Part shown: positions 1-9,816 of the stretch, piece after piece
Layout of the letters: every line of letters begins with the position of its first letter
Position numbering within the stretch: position 1 is the stretch's first letter
Assembly: GCA_019057385.1 (NCBI GenBank)
Contig: JAHQJS010000006.1
Coordinates: 805,038 to 869,037 of the forward strand
DNA length: 64,000 nucleotides
From: Candidatus Borrarchaeum weybense
GTDB lineage: Archaea; Asgardarchaeota; Sifarchaeia; Borrarchaeales; Borrarchaeaceae
Reading direction: 5' to 3'
Position numbers and translations under genes: made by a program
Notes under the pieces: generated by a model
What the model was told of the DNA's origin: nothing
The model's database searches: none
The model's input: only the letters and a program-made list of their open reading frames with translations

Positions 1-2
1 CA

Positions 3-743
3 AATCAGTTAACTGAAGTCGGCAGAACTATTCTCAAAGAAAATCCAGATCATCCAGGGTCGTTGGGTATCGCAATTTCCGAGGGGTTAGAATATGCTGA
101 AAAACATGATGGATATGCGTATTCTCTGGGAAGCGTGCTAAATCACGTACTGATGCATCAAACAATAATCGGTCTCGAAACAATCGAACAATTCAACATA
201 GTAGATGAACAACCAGATCTGCTAATAGGCTGCTTCGGAGGTGGATCGAATTTCGGTGGTTTCACATTACCTTTCATTGGGGAAGTATTAAACGGTAAAC
301 GAGAATGTGAATTTCTTGCATCTCAGTCTTTGGCAGCACCAAACATAAGTCAGGGTGAATACCGCTATGATTTTGCAGATCACGCAGGAAAAACACCTTT
401 GTTGAAAATGTACACCTTAGGTCACGATTCAAATATGCCACCAATATTCGGAGACGGTCTCCGATACTCTGGAGCATCACCAATTCTAAGCCTATTGAGA
501 AATCTAGGACATATTAAAACAAGAACCTACCCTGTAGACGAGAAAGACGTATTCGAGGCTACACGGACATTCCTTCAAACAGAAGGATTTTTACCTGCAC
601 CAGAATCCTCTTATGCTATCAGAGCCATGATTGATGAAGCGATAGAGTGTAAGAAAACCGGCGAGGAAAAAACCATCGCCTGTAATGTCTCAGGGCATGG
701 ATTTCTTGACATCTTTGGCTATAAAAGTGTGTTAAACCTGTAA
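3..743 (+). CDS. trpB2: Tryptophan synthase beta-type protein (TrpB2), 5'-truncated by window edge
   Basis: Frame is open from nt 3 (NQLTEVGRTILKENPDHPGSLGIAISE); motifs YSLGSVLNHV, GCFGGGSNF, PAPESS, SGHG. Confidence 0.9.
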   Translation, partial: NQLTEVGRTILKENPDHPGSLGIAISEGLEYAEKHDGYAYSLGSVLNHVLMHQTIIGLETIEQFNIVDEQPDLLIGCFGGGSNFGGFTLPFIGEVLNGKRECEFLASQSLAAPNISQGEYRYDFADHAGKTPLLKMYTLGHDSNMPPIFGDGLRYSGASPILSLLRNLGHIKTRTYPVDEKDVFEATRTFLQTEGFLPAPESSYAIRAMIDEAIECKKTGEEKTIACNVSGHGFLDIFGYKSVLNL

Positions 744-989
744 ATAAGTAGAACGGTTTTAATTACAAAACACTTTTTCTTTTTCTATAGAATTCGCAAT
801 TCAAGACTTGCAAATCAATTCTGTTTTTCTTCAGTTTTTTCATATTCTGATTTGATTCAAATTAATACAACGTATTCTAAGTTGCGAATTTTACCGACAT
901 AAATTTTTCTGTCTTGAGAAGTTTTCTAGCCTGATAAAGTTTAAGAATACACAGCACATATATGTTACGCAACGTGGGAGAACTCGAAA

Positions 990-1151
990 ATGAGTCAAAC
1001 GGACAATAAGATCCGATTATCTACTAAATATAAGCAAGCGATCGAAGAACCAACAAAAGTAAAAAGAGCAAAAGAAATTATTGGATATTTAAATTTATTA
1101 GTAGATGAAGCAAGAAAGATGAGAAAGGACAAAGATCTCGCTTATAAATAA
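990..1151 (+). CDS. Small basic hypothetical protein (53 aa, MSQTDNKIRL...KDLAYK)
   Basis: ATG at 990 with GGGAG at 976-980, open to TAA 1149-1151; below the ORF-track length cutoff. Confidence 0.5.
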   Translation: MSQTDNKIRLSTKYKQAIEEPTKVKRAKEIIGYLNLLVDEARKMRKDKDLAYK

Positions 1152-1183
1152 TAGAAATTAGTTTTGAAAAGTATTACAGTGAG

Positions 1184-2332
1184 CTAGTTATCATCAGATA
1201 CAAGTTCTGCATCTGATGAATGCAATGAAACACGATCTGAAAAATCACTCAGTTGATGTTGTATACGTTCTAGTTCTTTTTCATTTGGTGAATAGGGGAA
1301 ATTTCTACATTCGCCAATATATGCTTGATAAGGTGTAGAATTCGCATAAGGTCTAGTACATGCAACGCGTAGAGTAGAACCTGGGCAACCGCTTGTCATA
1401 AATGGTATGCCTGTTTTGACTATTTCTTTTAGAAATTGTTCTGGGATTCCAAAATCGATAAGTCCTCCCTCATTATCAAATTTCATGTTTTCGACACGTG
1501 CTTTCTTCTCTTCAATAAGAAATCTTGCTAATTGCATTCTTCGATACTGTCCGATTGGGGGTTGCTCTCTATTTTCTAAAGGAGAACCAGGTTCTGGGAA
1601 AAATGAGAAAAGATGTATGAGAACTTCACGATCCGCGGCTTGTTGAAATATTTTTGCCATTTCTTCTTCTGTTTCCCCGAGTCCTACGATTAAGTGTATC
1701 CCAACATTTTTACTTTCAAAAACCTGGAGTCCCTCTTGAATAATCTTCCAATATGTTTCCCAACGATGTGGTCCTCGTATATCTTTCCCTCTAAATTTAT
1801 CAAATAATTCGGGAGTGGCGGCGTCGATAGCGATACCTAACTTATCAACGCCCGCATTTTTCAAGGCTATAAGCCAGTCCTTATTAACGATAGTAGGCGT
1901 GATTAATCCAGAAACTAATAACCCTGTTTCATTTTTGATTCTTTTTGCGATGATGATAGTATCTTGGAGGGCTCTTTTATTTGTGAGCATTGAAATACAA
2001 ACGCGTTCTACGTGAGAGTATTTCTCTTTCGAATTTAATTTCTGTATTATTGTATTAAGGTCGTGGGTTGGCCATTCAACTCTGATAAAAGATTTATCTT
2101 TATGAAGTTCGCTTTCACATTCTCTTACGAAACTTAAACCACAGTAAGCACATCGCGCAAAGCAGCCTTCTTCGTAGGTCAATAAAAGGTTCACACACGG
2201 TAATGTAGCGTCTTTATAAAATGATCCTGATTTTAGACCAAGTGTCATCGCTGCGGCAAGGCTCATTTGAAGATATTCAGGTGATTCTTTTGATACTGTG
2301 TCTTCAATCTCTTGAGATGCTGCTTTGTCCAT
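1184..2332 (-). CDS. lipS2: Radical SAM protein, LipS2-type lipoyl synthase subunit
   Basis: CxxxCxxC (CFARCAYC); C-terminal TSGCPG...CTRP resembles the LipS2 TxGCPxC(N/D)RP motif; divergent from lipoate ligase. Confidence 0.75.
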   Translation of the reverse strand: MDKAASQEIEDTVSKESPEYLQMSLAAAMTLGLKSGSFYKDATLPCVNLLLTYEEGCFARCAYCGLSFVRECESELHKDKSFIRVEWPTHDLNTIIQKLNSKEKYSHVERVCISMLTNKRALQDTIIIAKRIKNETGLLVSGLITPTIVNKDWLIALKNAGVDKLGIAIDAATPELFDKFRGKDIRGPHRWETYWKIIQEGLQVFESKNVGIHLIVGLGETEEEMAKIFQQAADREVLIHLFSFFPEPGSPLENREQPPIGQYRRMQLARFLIEEKKARVENMKFDNEGGLIDFGIPEQFLKEIVKTGIPFMTSGCPGSTLRVACTRPYANSTPYQAYIGECRNFPYSPNEKELERIQHQLSDFSDRVSLHSSDAELVSDDN

Positions 2333-2500
2333 AATAAAGCCCTCTTTGAAAGTACTTCACTAGATATTTCAGTTTCATTAAGAATATATGCAGACATAAA
2401 AAAGTTTATCATAACTACATATCAGACAAATCCTTAAGAGGCTATGCGCTAAGACATACAAAATTTCACACATTTCATAGCAGAACAGCGAGGTAAGAAC

Positions 2501-4072
2501 ATGGATACAGGTGAAAACAGCAGATTTTGGCGTCTATTGGATACAGGTGTACTTACTGGTGCTGAAAACATGGCTCTAGACGCAATATTACTTCAAGAGC
2601 GAAATGGAGTTAATAGCTCCAATATCTTCAGATTTTTACAGTTTTCACCTCCCGTAGTTTTGATTGGATATCACCAAACCGTGGCTCACGAGGTCAGAGT
2701 AAATTACTGTAACTCAAAGGGCATTGATATTAATCGTCGAATTACAGGTGGTGGCGCTATTTTTTTTGATGAATCTCAAGTAGGTTGGGAATTAGTTTTC
2801 AATAGCGAGGATTTAGACGTAGGAAGAAATCTTGAGGATATAACAAAAAAAGTCTGTGAAGGGGCAGTCAGAGGTCTTCAAAAATTAGGTCTAAAGGCGG
2901 AATTTAGACCTAGGAATGATATTGAGGTTAACGGCAAGAAGATATCTGGAACAGGGGGAGTTTTTGAGGATAATGCTTGTCTTTACCAAGGAACTTTGTT
3001 AGTTGACACTGATATGGAAATGATGCTTAAAGCATTGAGGATCCCTATAGAAAAACTAACTAAACGAGGAATTGAATCTGCTAGAGATCGTGTAACCTGT
3101 CTTAAGGAAGAGTTAGGAACTATCCCACCTCTTGAAAAAATTAAAACGGCTTTGCTACAAGGTTTTTCTGAAGAACTTGGTATACAATTCAGACCTGACT
3201 CGCTTACTTCTCATGAACGATCTTTGCTTCAAAGTGAACTTGTTGAAAAAAGATCTGATGACTGGAAAAACCTGATAGTTGAACCTAAAAACTACAGTCA
3301 AATGTTACGATCAATATACAAAGTAGACGGAGGTCTATTAAGGCTAAATCTTCATGTTGATGCAAAAATGCGTTATATTAAGCAAGTTTTAATAACAGGA
3401 GACTTCTTCGTTGATCCAGCGAGGACGGTTTATGACTTAGAAGCTTGTCTTAAAAACACACCAATTGCAGATCTAAAGGAGAATCTCCACGAATTTTTTG
3501 TAGAAAAAAAGCCGAGATTTTTAGGTTTATCTGAAGATGACATCTATCAAGCAATCAACGAGGCACTTGAGAAACTAGAATATGTTGGTCTTAGCATAGA
3601 TGAGGCCAATTCAATATTTGTCGTTAATGATTCATTTAGAAATCTATTGAAAAATAATACGGTTTTACTTCTGCCGTATTGTGCTAAGCTTCCAGATTGC
3701 GAGTTTAGAAACGAAGACTATTGTGCAAGATGTGGAGGCTGCAGCATAGGTGAAGCTTACGATATTGGTCAAGAAAAGAATCTGCGAGTTATAAGTATCT
3801 GCAGTTTTGAGCATCTTGTTGAGACCTTTAAACAGCTCCAAAGTGAAGGTATTCAGTCATATATAGGTTGTTGTTGCGAAGCGTTTTTCGAAAAACGGCA
3901 GAAAGCATTTCGAGAATCTGGGCTCGGCGGTTTACTAATTGATATCGATTCATCCACGTGCTATGAACTCGGTAAAGAGAAAGAAGCGTATGAGGGCGTA
4001 TTTGGTCATCAAACAGACCTAAAACTTGATCTATTAAAAAAAATCATTGAAAACGTTAGAGTTCGCTCATAA
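2501..4072 (+). CDS. Lipoate-protein ligase (LplA/B domains) fused to a Cys-rich DUF116-like domain
   Basis: NMALD, RRITGGGAIF, NDIEVNGKKISGT, ITGDFF motifs; C-terminal LPYCAK..C..CARCGGC..GCCCE. Confidence 0.85.
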   Translation: MDTGENSRFWRLLDTGVLTGAENMALDAILLQERNGVNSSNIFRFLQFSPPVVLIGYHQTVAHEVRVNYCNSKGIDINRRITGGGAIFFDESQVGWELVFNSEDLDVGRNLEDITKKVCEGAVRGLQKLGLKAEFRPRNDIEVNGKKISGTGGVFEDNACLYQGTLLVDTDMEMMLKALRIPIEKLTKRGIESARDRVTCLKEELGTIPPLEKIKTALLQGFSEELGIQFRPDSLTSHERSLLQSELVEKRSDDWKNLIVEPKNYSQMLRSIYKVDGGLLRLNLHVDAKMRYIKQVLITGDFFVDPARTVYDLEACLKNTPIADLKENLHEFFVEKKPRFLGLSEDDIYQAINEALEKLEYVGLSIDEANSIFVVNDSFRNLLKNNTVLLLPYCAKLPDCEFRNEDYCARCGGCSIGEAYDIGQEKNLRVISICSFEHLVETFKQLQSEGIQSYIGCCCEAFFEKRQKAFRESGLGGLLIDIDSSTCYELGKEKEAYEGVFGHQTDLKLDLLKKIIENVRVRS

Positions 4073-5136
4073 TGGCAATTCCAACAGAATGTGAAGTATT
4101 AGTAATTGGCGCTGGACCCGCTGGAAGCACTACTGCCAGTAATATTGCAAAAGACGGAGTAGATGTTGTTCTTATTGATAAAAGAAAAGAGTTGGGCGTG
4201 CCAGTGCAATGTGCTGAACACATACCTTTTCAAGTTGCTTATTTTACTGATTCAAAAAAGGAAATAATTGCACAGAAAATTAACTACATGCATACAGTTA
4301 TGCCAAACGGTGATGTAACCATTACTGAATCCAAAGGATATATTATTCACAGGGATTTGTTTGATAAGCACTTAGCTGAGAAAGCGAGGAAACTGGGGGT
4401 ATATATTTTTCCTAATACAGAAGCGTTAGGCTTCCATAGAGACAAAGTCAAAATACGTGAAGGAAAACAGGAACAAATTATTTCTCCAAGAATAATTGTA
4501 GATGCGAGTGGTCCAAAATCTGCGATGGGAAAAACTCTTGGAATATATAACACCACATATATTTATGCAAATCAATTTTTAATGCCACTGAGAGAAAAAA
4601 GGGACTTTACAGAGGTTTATTTTCGAAAGTACATACCTGGAGGCTATGGTTGGGTATTTCCAAAAGATGATGTATGTAACGTTGGAGTTGGTGTAAGTCT
4701 TAAGTTTGGAATACCACCACGAGAGGCATTAAAGAATTTTGTTAAAGAACTGGTAAAACAAGAGATAATCCTTGATCAAAGATTAGCTATAGTCGCTGGA
4801 ATAATCCCTGCAGGAGGAATGCTACCTCTTCAAAAGGAAAATATTCTATTTGTTGGAGATGCAGCCGGACAATGTCACTCAATAACTGGTGCCGGTGTAC
4901 CATTTGCTCTGCTTTGTGGACAACTTGCTGGAAAATATGTTGTGGAAGCGGTTCAAGAAGAAGATTTAGAAATTTTAAAAGATTATGAAGAGGAATGTAT
5001 TGACTCTTTTGGCGATTCACTCATGCATGCAGTAGAAAAAAGAAAATTCTTTGAATCATACTGGAATAATCCCCAGCATGATTTCAATGAAATGGTAAAA
5101 AAAACGTGGGTTGTCTTCGAAGATTATTATAGTTGA
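4072..5136 (+). CDS. Geranylgeranyl-reductase-family FAD oxidoreductase (LipT-like by context)
   Basis: VIGAGPAG, PVQCAE, YGWVFPK, VGDAAG, GAGV motifs; TAATG overlap with the ligase gene. Confidence 0.8.
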   Translation: MAIPTECEVLVIGAGPAGSTTASNIAKDGVDVVLIDKRKELGVPVQCAEHIPFQVAYFTDSKKEIIAQKINYMHTVMPNGDVTITESKGYIIHRDLFDKHLAEKARKLGVYIFPNTEALGFHRDKVKIREGKQEQIISPRIIVDASGPKSAMGKTLGIYNTTYIYANQFLMPLREKRDFTEVYFRKYIPGGYGWVFPKDDVCNVGVGVSLKFGIPPREALKNFVKELVKQEIILDQRLAIVAGIIPAGGMLPLQKENILFVGDAAGQCHSITGAGVPFALLCGQLAGKYVVEAVQEEDLEILKDYEEECIDSFGDSLMHAVEKRKFFESYWNNPQHDFNEMVKKTWVVFEDYYS

Positions 5137-5139
5137 ATG

Positions 5140-5304
5140 TTATTCTGAAAGTTTGTCGAACATATTTTTTCCCACAAAGCAAACTGGACAGAGCCAGTCA
5201 TCAGGAATGTCTTTAAAAAGAGTACCAGGATCAATTCCGTTGTCGGGGTCACCCTTTTCTTCGTCATAAACATAATCACATGCTAAGCAAGCCCATTTAG
5301 CCAT
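5140..5304 (-). CDS. Rubredoxin
   Basis: CLAC...YVYD..GDP...PDDWLCPVC; true start ATG at 5304 follows a GGAGGT RBS (5311-5316). Confidence 0.93.
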   Translation of the reverse strand: MAKWACLACDYVYDEEKGDPDNGIDPGTLFKDIPDDWLCPVCFVGKNMFDKLSE

Positions 5305-5560
5305 TATATTACCTCCGTACTTGGATGGTATCTTCATTTTTTCGCTTTTATATTTCGAATGGATTTTCGCTTAAAAAATTTGAGGATAGTTCATAGCTAA
5401 TTCTTTACATATCATTTGCATTGAACTAAACTACATATATAGAAGACTAATGCGGATGAATTCACTAGAAATTATAAAATCTGTTTTTGAGTCTATTACT
5501 TGTGAAATGATACTTAGGCTTTCTAGCACTGTCGTGCATTTAGAAAGGAGTTAAACGTCA

Positions 5561-6355
5561 TTGATCCATAATATATTCCTAATTAAGGATGGCAACTGTA
5601 TTTATAGCTATAGAACTGGAACTAAAAAGAGTTTAGACTCAAATCTAGTGAATGGGCTATTAGAAGCCATATTCGGCATGGGGGAAGTGTTCTTCCAAAA
5701 GAGAATTAATAAGATCATGTTCCAAGAAATTCGTACAATATTTCGAGCCTTAAGTAAGAAACTAATTCTCGGAGTTATTGAGGATATAGATACAGATAAT
5801 GAAGTTGTTGAGGTGTTACTTAAGAAACTCTCAGAAGCTCTTCGTCAAGTCATTTTAATTCTTGAATATGATGGAATTAATCATTTGACAATGACACAAA
5901 TGCCCTCCCTAAAAGATGAACTGGAATATACCCTTCGGAGAACCCTTCTTAAAATTCCCTGTCCATTTTTGAAAAAAAGATGGTTTAGAAAAAGATGTAC
6001 CTTTGTTGATAAACCTCTTAAACGTTCATGTATCTTTTGTAATTTATACGAAATCAAGAATTGTCCATACTTGCAAAATGACCAGTTATGGCAATTTTAT
6101 AGAACTCCTTTTCAATTTAATAATGGTGTTCAGTTAGAAGAATCGGTGAAACAATTAGGAAGATGGAAAAAAACCGAAAAATTCAGCCTCCATATTCTCG
6201 AAACAAATAATGGAACCAATGCTATGGATCTTAGATCGAAACTAAAAGCATATGAAATTTTTGTCTCTCCTAGAAAAGCGCTCGAAATAATGTCTAAGTT
6301 AGAGGAAAAAGGGTTGTTATTGCGAGATTCGCCACCTATTCACGAATATCACTAG
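5561..6355 (+). CDS. Longin-like domain + Cys-rich segment + C-terminal winged-helix protein
   Basis: N-terminus MIHNIFLIKDGNCIY...DSNLVNGLLEAI fits the longin pattern; five-Cys cluster; C-terminal ..MSKLEEKGLL wHTH-like. Confidence 0.55.
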   Translation: MIHNIFLIKDGNCIYSYRTGTKKSLDSNLVNGLLEAIFGMGEVFFQKRINKIMFQEIRTIFRALSKKLILGVIEDIDTDNEVVEVLLKKLSEALRQVILILEYDGINHLTMTQMPSLKDELEYTLRRTLLKIPCPFLKKRWFRKRCTFVDKPLKRSCIFCNLYEIKNCPYLQNDQLWQFYRTPFQFNNGVQLEESVKQLGRWKKTEKFSLHILETNNGTNAMDLRSKLKAYEIFVSPRKALEIMSKLEEKGLLLRDSPPIHEYH

Positions 6356-6501
6356 TATTTTTTATTTAGTAACTAAGTCTTCTTAACTGATTCTCCAGCT
6401 AAATAGTCAATGTTTTAAGCCATTCTAACTGTTGATTCAGTTTTGTTCGTGTTTGAGTTTCTTTCTCATCGAATTCCAATTAAAAGAGTCTCAAAATGAT
6501 T

Positions 6502-6834
6502 TCATAGTTCTTTGAGATCTGAGAGTTCGTATGCGCTACCTTCGATGCAGTAGTACTTCCAGCGGAGATTCATCATCTTTGTGAGGGGGCATTGGTCACA
6601 AAGACAACCCTTTTGCTCTTGTATCCTGTCACTTTTGCCGATGGTACAAAAGACGAGTTGGTATTCTTCAGTCTCCGCGTAACTGGGACATTTCCCGCAC
6701 ATACACATATAGGCTACTTGCTCGGCGTTCTGTTTCGCTAACTCAGGTGTCCATGTTCCTTTTGTAAGTGCTTTATATTTTTCTTCAAAGGTAGTTGCTT
6801 TATAGTACTCTTCGTCTGCCATTTTATACACCAA
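6502..6834 (-). CDS. DUF2769-like Cys-rich small protein
   Basis: CMCGKCPSY...FCTIGKS...GCLCDQCP...YYCIEG pattern. Confidence 0.75.
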   Translation of the reverse strand: MVYKMADEEYYKATTFEEKYKALTKGTWTPELAKQNAEQVAYMCMCGKCPSYAETEEYQLVFCTIGKSDRIQEQKGCLCDQCPLTKMMNLRWKYYCIEGSAYELSDLKEL

Positions 6835-7218
6835 AATCTAAAGTGATTCTTAAACTCTATCCATTTTTAAGTATATCAGATTTTGATAAAAAGGAATCAT
6901 AGTTTTTCTTGAGTCTTTTCTCATTTTAACTTCCCACAGTTTTTTAAGCATTAAGATAAACTTCAATAGAGAAATCAATTCATTATTGACTGATCATTAG
7001 AATTTGATTGTTTTAATGACCTGATATCTCCTTATATCAAAACCTGAATCCGTTTCTTATATTTTTTTTTGCATTAAAAATAGCTGAATATAGAAAAAAT
7101 GGTTAGGCCAAAAAGCTGTCATTTTAGTCAAATTAATATGTACCTTGGTGTAAAACATAACGATATATTTGATAAAATAAATTCAAGGCGTCAACTTAGA
7201 ATCAAATAGAAAAAGCTG

Positions 7219-7557
7219 GTGACACATTTGATTATAAAGAAGATAGAGGAGAATTTGGGAAAGAAGGATGGGACACATAGATTAGTTGGCTTATGGGATT
7301 CAATTCTCCTAGAAGGTCAGGGGACAATACCACATTACCATGAAAATATGGAAGAGATCTATTATATTATCTCTGGGCAGGCACTTATGACCATCAATGG
7401 AGATACTGAGTTAGTCGATGAGGAAGATATAATCTACATAGCGCCCAGAAAGAATCATAGTATTCGACAAACAGGCGACCTACCACTACGCTATATCACA
7501 GTCTCGATTGATATCAGAAAAAATCCGCGTATACCATCACAAAGTCACTATATTTAA
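7219..7557 (+). CDS. Cupin-domain protein
   Basis: HYH..MEEIYYIISG...P...H cupin motifs. Confidence 0.85.
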   Translation: MTHLIIKKIEENLGKKDGTHRLVGLWDSILLEGQGTIPHYHENMEEIYYIISGQALMTINGDTELVDEEDIIYIAPRKNHSIRQTGDLPLRYITVSIDIRKNPRIPSQSHYI

Positions 7558-7752
7558 CTTCTTTTAATTAAGACTGCCTAAAACTGCCTACCTTTTAATT
7601 ATTTTGATTTTTGCGATTTATGAATCCTATTGAAAATCTTTTTAAGTGTGAGATTAGAGTAGAAAAGATATATCATTTTAACCTGCAATTTTATATGACG
7701 CATCTCCGCGACTATTGTAGGATGAAATCCAAGCATTTGGAGGATAGAATTT

Positions 7753-9009
7753 ATGAAATTTGCAGATTGGGCGTATAAAATTCCAGAATCTGAAATTCGT
7801 CGTCTCCTGAGGTTCAATGTAAAATATTATTACGCAGGAGGCAAGCCAGGTGTACTTCCTACTGAAATTATAGCTAAAATTCTTAAGAAAATTGGAGAAG
7901 ATCAGCTTAAAAATATTGAGGATGGTCGAGAACAGGAAGTTGCCGATATTTATAATTATGGAGTCACTGCTGGAACGGATTTTTTTAGAAAAACCCTTGC
8001 TGAAAGACTTCGTAGAGAAGGAATTGAAACTAATTGGGAACAGTTAATGATCACGACAGGATCTCAGCAAGCAATTTATTTAGTTCTTGATACATTAATT
8101 GATCCCGGGGATGTCATAATTACGACTCGTCCAGCATACTTAGGCTTCCTCGGGCCAGCTGGAAAACTTGGCGCGAATATTATTACTGTACCCACTGATT
8201 TGGATGGCATTGTCCCCGAATATGTTGAGAATGCTATCGAATTATCAGAGAAAGAATTCGGGAAAAAACCTAAAATGATTTATTTAGTTCCAGATGGTGA
8301 CAATCCAAAAGGCACTAATCTCCCAGCAAAAAGAAGACAGGCACTTTTTGACGTCGCAGAAGCACAAGATGTCTTGATTATCGAGGATAGCCCATATAGA
8401 AACATTCATTTCAAAGGAGAAAAAGTTTTTCCCATTAAGTCATTAGATAAAGAGAATCAAAGAGTTGTTTATCTAGGAAGCACAACTAAGGAAGCTATGG
8501 CCGCACGGGTTGGTTATGCACTCGCACCAGAAGAATTAAGAGAAAATATGATAAAAGGTAAGGGATTTTTAGATCTGTGCACACCGCTGATCATGCAAAG
8601 GATTTTGGACGAATATTACCGCAATTATATTGATGATATGCTCCCGAAGATTAACTCAACTTATGAAGCTCGAGCAAAAGCAATGATTGAAGCAATGGAT
8701 GCTACATTCCCTGCAGGAGAACGTACAGATCCAAAGGGCGGCTTTTTCATATGGTGGGAATCTGAGAATAAGAACTTTAATGCAAAAGAGTTCCTTGAAC
8801 GGGTAGCTATGCCTAATGAAGTACTATTCGTACCTGGAGAAGCCTTCTATCCACTTGGAGGTATGGCTTATTTGCCAGACAGCAACTCGCTACAACCAAC
8901 TGTTGCAGAAACGCATGAATTGAGATTAAGCTATTCTTTCAAAGATGAAGAGAATATTCGTGAAGGTATTCCACTCCTTGGAAAATTGCTAACTGAGGAA
9001 CTCGGGTAA
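7753..9009 (+). CDS. PLP-dependent class I aminotransferase (aminoadipate/aromatic type)
   Basis: TTGSQQA, NPKG, IEDSPY, GSTTK..RVGY, PKGGFFIW, FVPGEAF. Confidence 0.88.
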   Translation: MKFADWAYKIPESEIRRLLRFNVKYYYAGGKPGVLPTEIIAKILKKIGEDQLKNIEDGREQEVADIYNYGVTAGTDFFRKTLAERLRREGIETNWEQLMITTGSQQAIYLVLDTLIDPGDVIITTRPAYLGFLGPAGKLGANIITVPTDLDGIVPEYVENAIELSEKEFGKKPKMIYLVPDGDNPKGTNLPAKRRQALFDVAEAQDVLIIEDSPYRNIHFKGEKVFPIKSLDKENQRVVYLGSTTKEAMAARVGYALAPEELRENMIKGKGFLDLCTPLIMQRILDEYYRNYIDDMLPKINSTYEARAKAMIEAMDATFPAGERTDPKGGFFIWWESENKNFNAKEFLERVAMPNEVLFVPGEAFYPLGGMAYLPDSNSLQPTVAETHELRLSYSFKDEENIREGIPLLGKLLTEELG

Positions 9010-9088
9010 ACATCCTCTCTTTTTAATTCTTTTTTCATACATTTTAGTTAGTTACATTAACGATCATCTCGCACTCAAGCAGAAGTGA

Positions 9089-9574
9089 CTACTCATTTTT
9101 AGAATAATCGCTCTTGTCTTGATTTACAGTGACATCCTTCACTAAAGCTTTACTTTGTCTAAGAATGTCTGCAGTATTTAGCTTGACCATTTTTTTGCGA
9201 GTACCTCCACCCGCCCAAATGAACTCATTTTCTAAGACTAAGGGATCGATCACAGTCTTTAAAGGATTTCTATGCCCAATTGGCGGGATGCCTCCTGTGG
9301 GATACCCTGTGATCTGTTCAGCTATTTTTGGACTTGATGTTTTTGCTTTTTTTAAATTAAGAGCGCGCTGAAGTTTCTTGCGAGAAACATGCTGATCTCC
9401 TCGAACAATTGCAAGAAGGGGCAATTTATTTTCAGCAATAAAAACTATCGATTTAACAATCTTTTCTAGCGGAACATTAAGCGATTTAGCAGCGGCTTCT
9501 GCAGTATGTGTCTCTTTTTTTTCGAAGAATTCGAATTCAACTCCTGAACGTATTAGATACGCTTTTAAATTCAT
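9089..9574 (-). CDS. YbaK/EbsC aminoacyl-tRNA deacylase family
   Basis: IVKSIVF, TGYPTGGIPPIG, WAGGG motifs. Confidence 0.88.
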   Translation of the reverse strand: MNLKAYLIRSGVEFEFFEKKETHTAEAAAKSLNVPLEKIVKSIVFIAENKLPLLAIVRGDQHVSRKKLQRALNLKKAKTSSPKIAEQITGYPTGGIPPIGHRNPLKTVIDPLVLENEFIWAGGGTRKKMVKLNTADILRQSKALVKDVTVNQDKSDYSKNE

Positions 9575-9816
9575 TTTCGATCCCTAAAGCAATATTCATT
9601 AATTTAAATTTGTTTTCGATTAGTTTATACTTCAAAATCTCTTTATTTATAACTTTTAAAGAAATTGTGGGTTGCGAATTGTCATAACTACTAATCAAAA
9701 CTATGTTAAAAGGCACGATCACTATAGAAATCTTTATTTTCTTAACTAGAACTAATTGAGAACTAATTTTCTAGGTTATATTTAATTAACAATAGCCTTG
9801 AAATCATTATCCAAAG

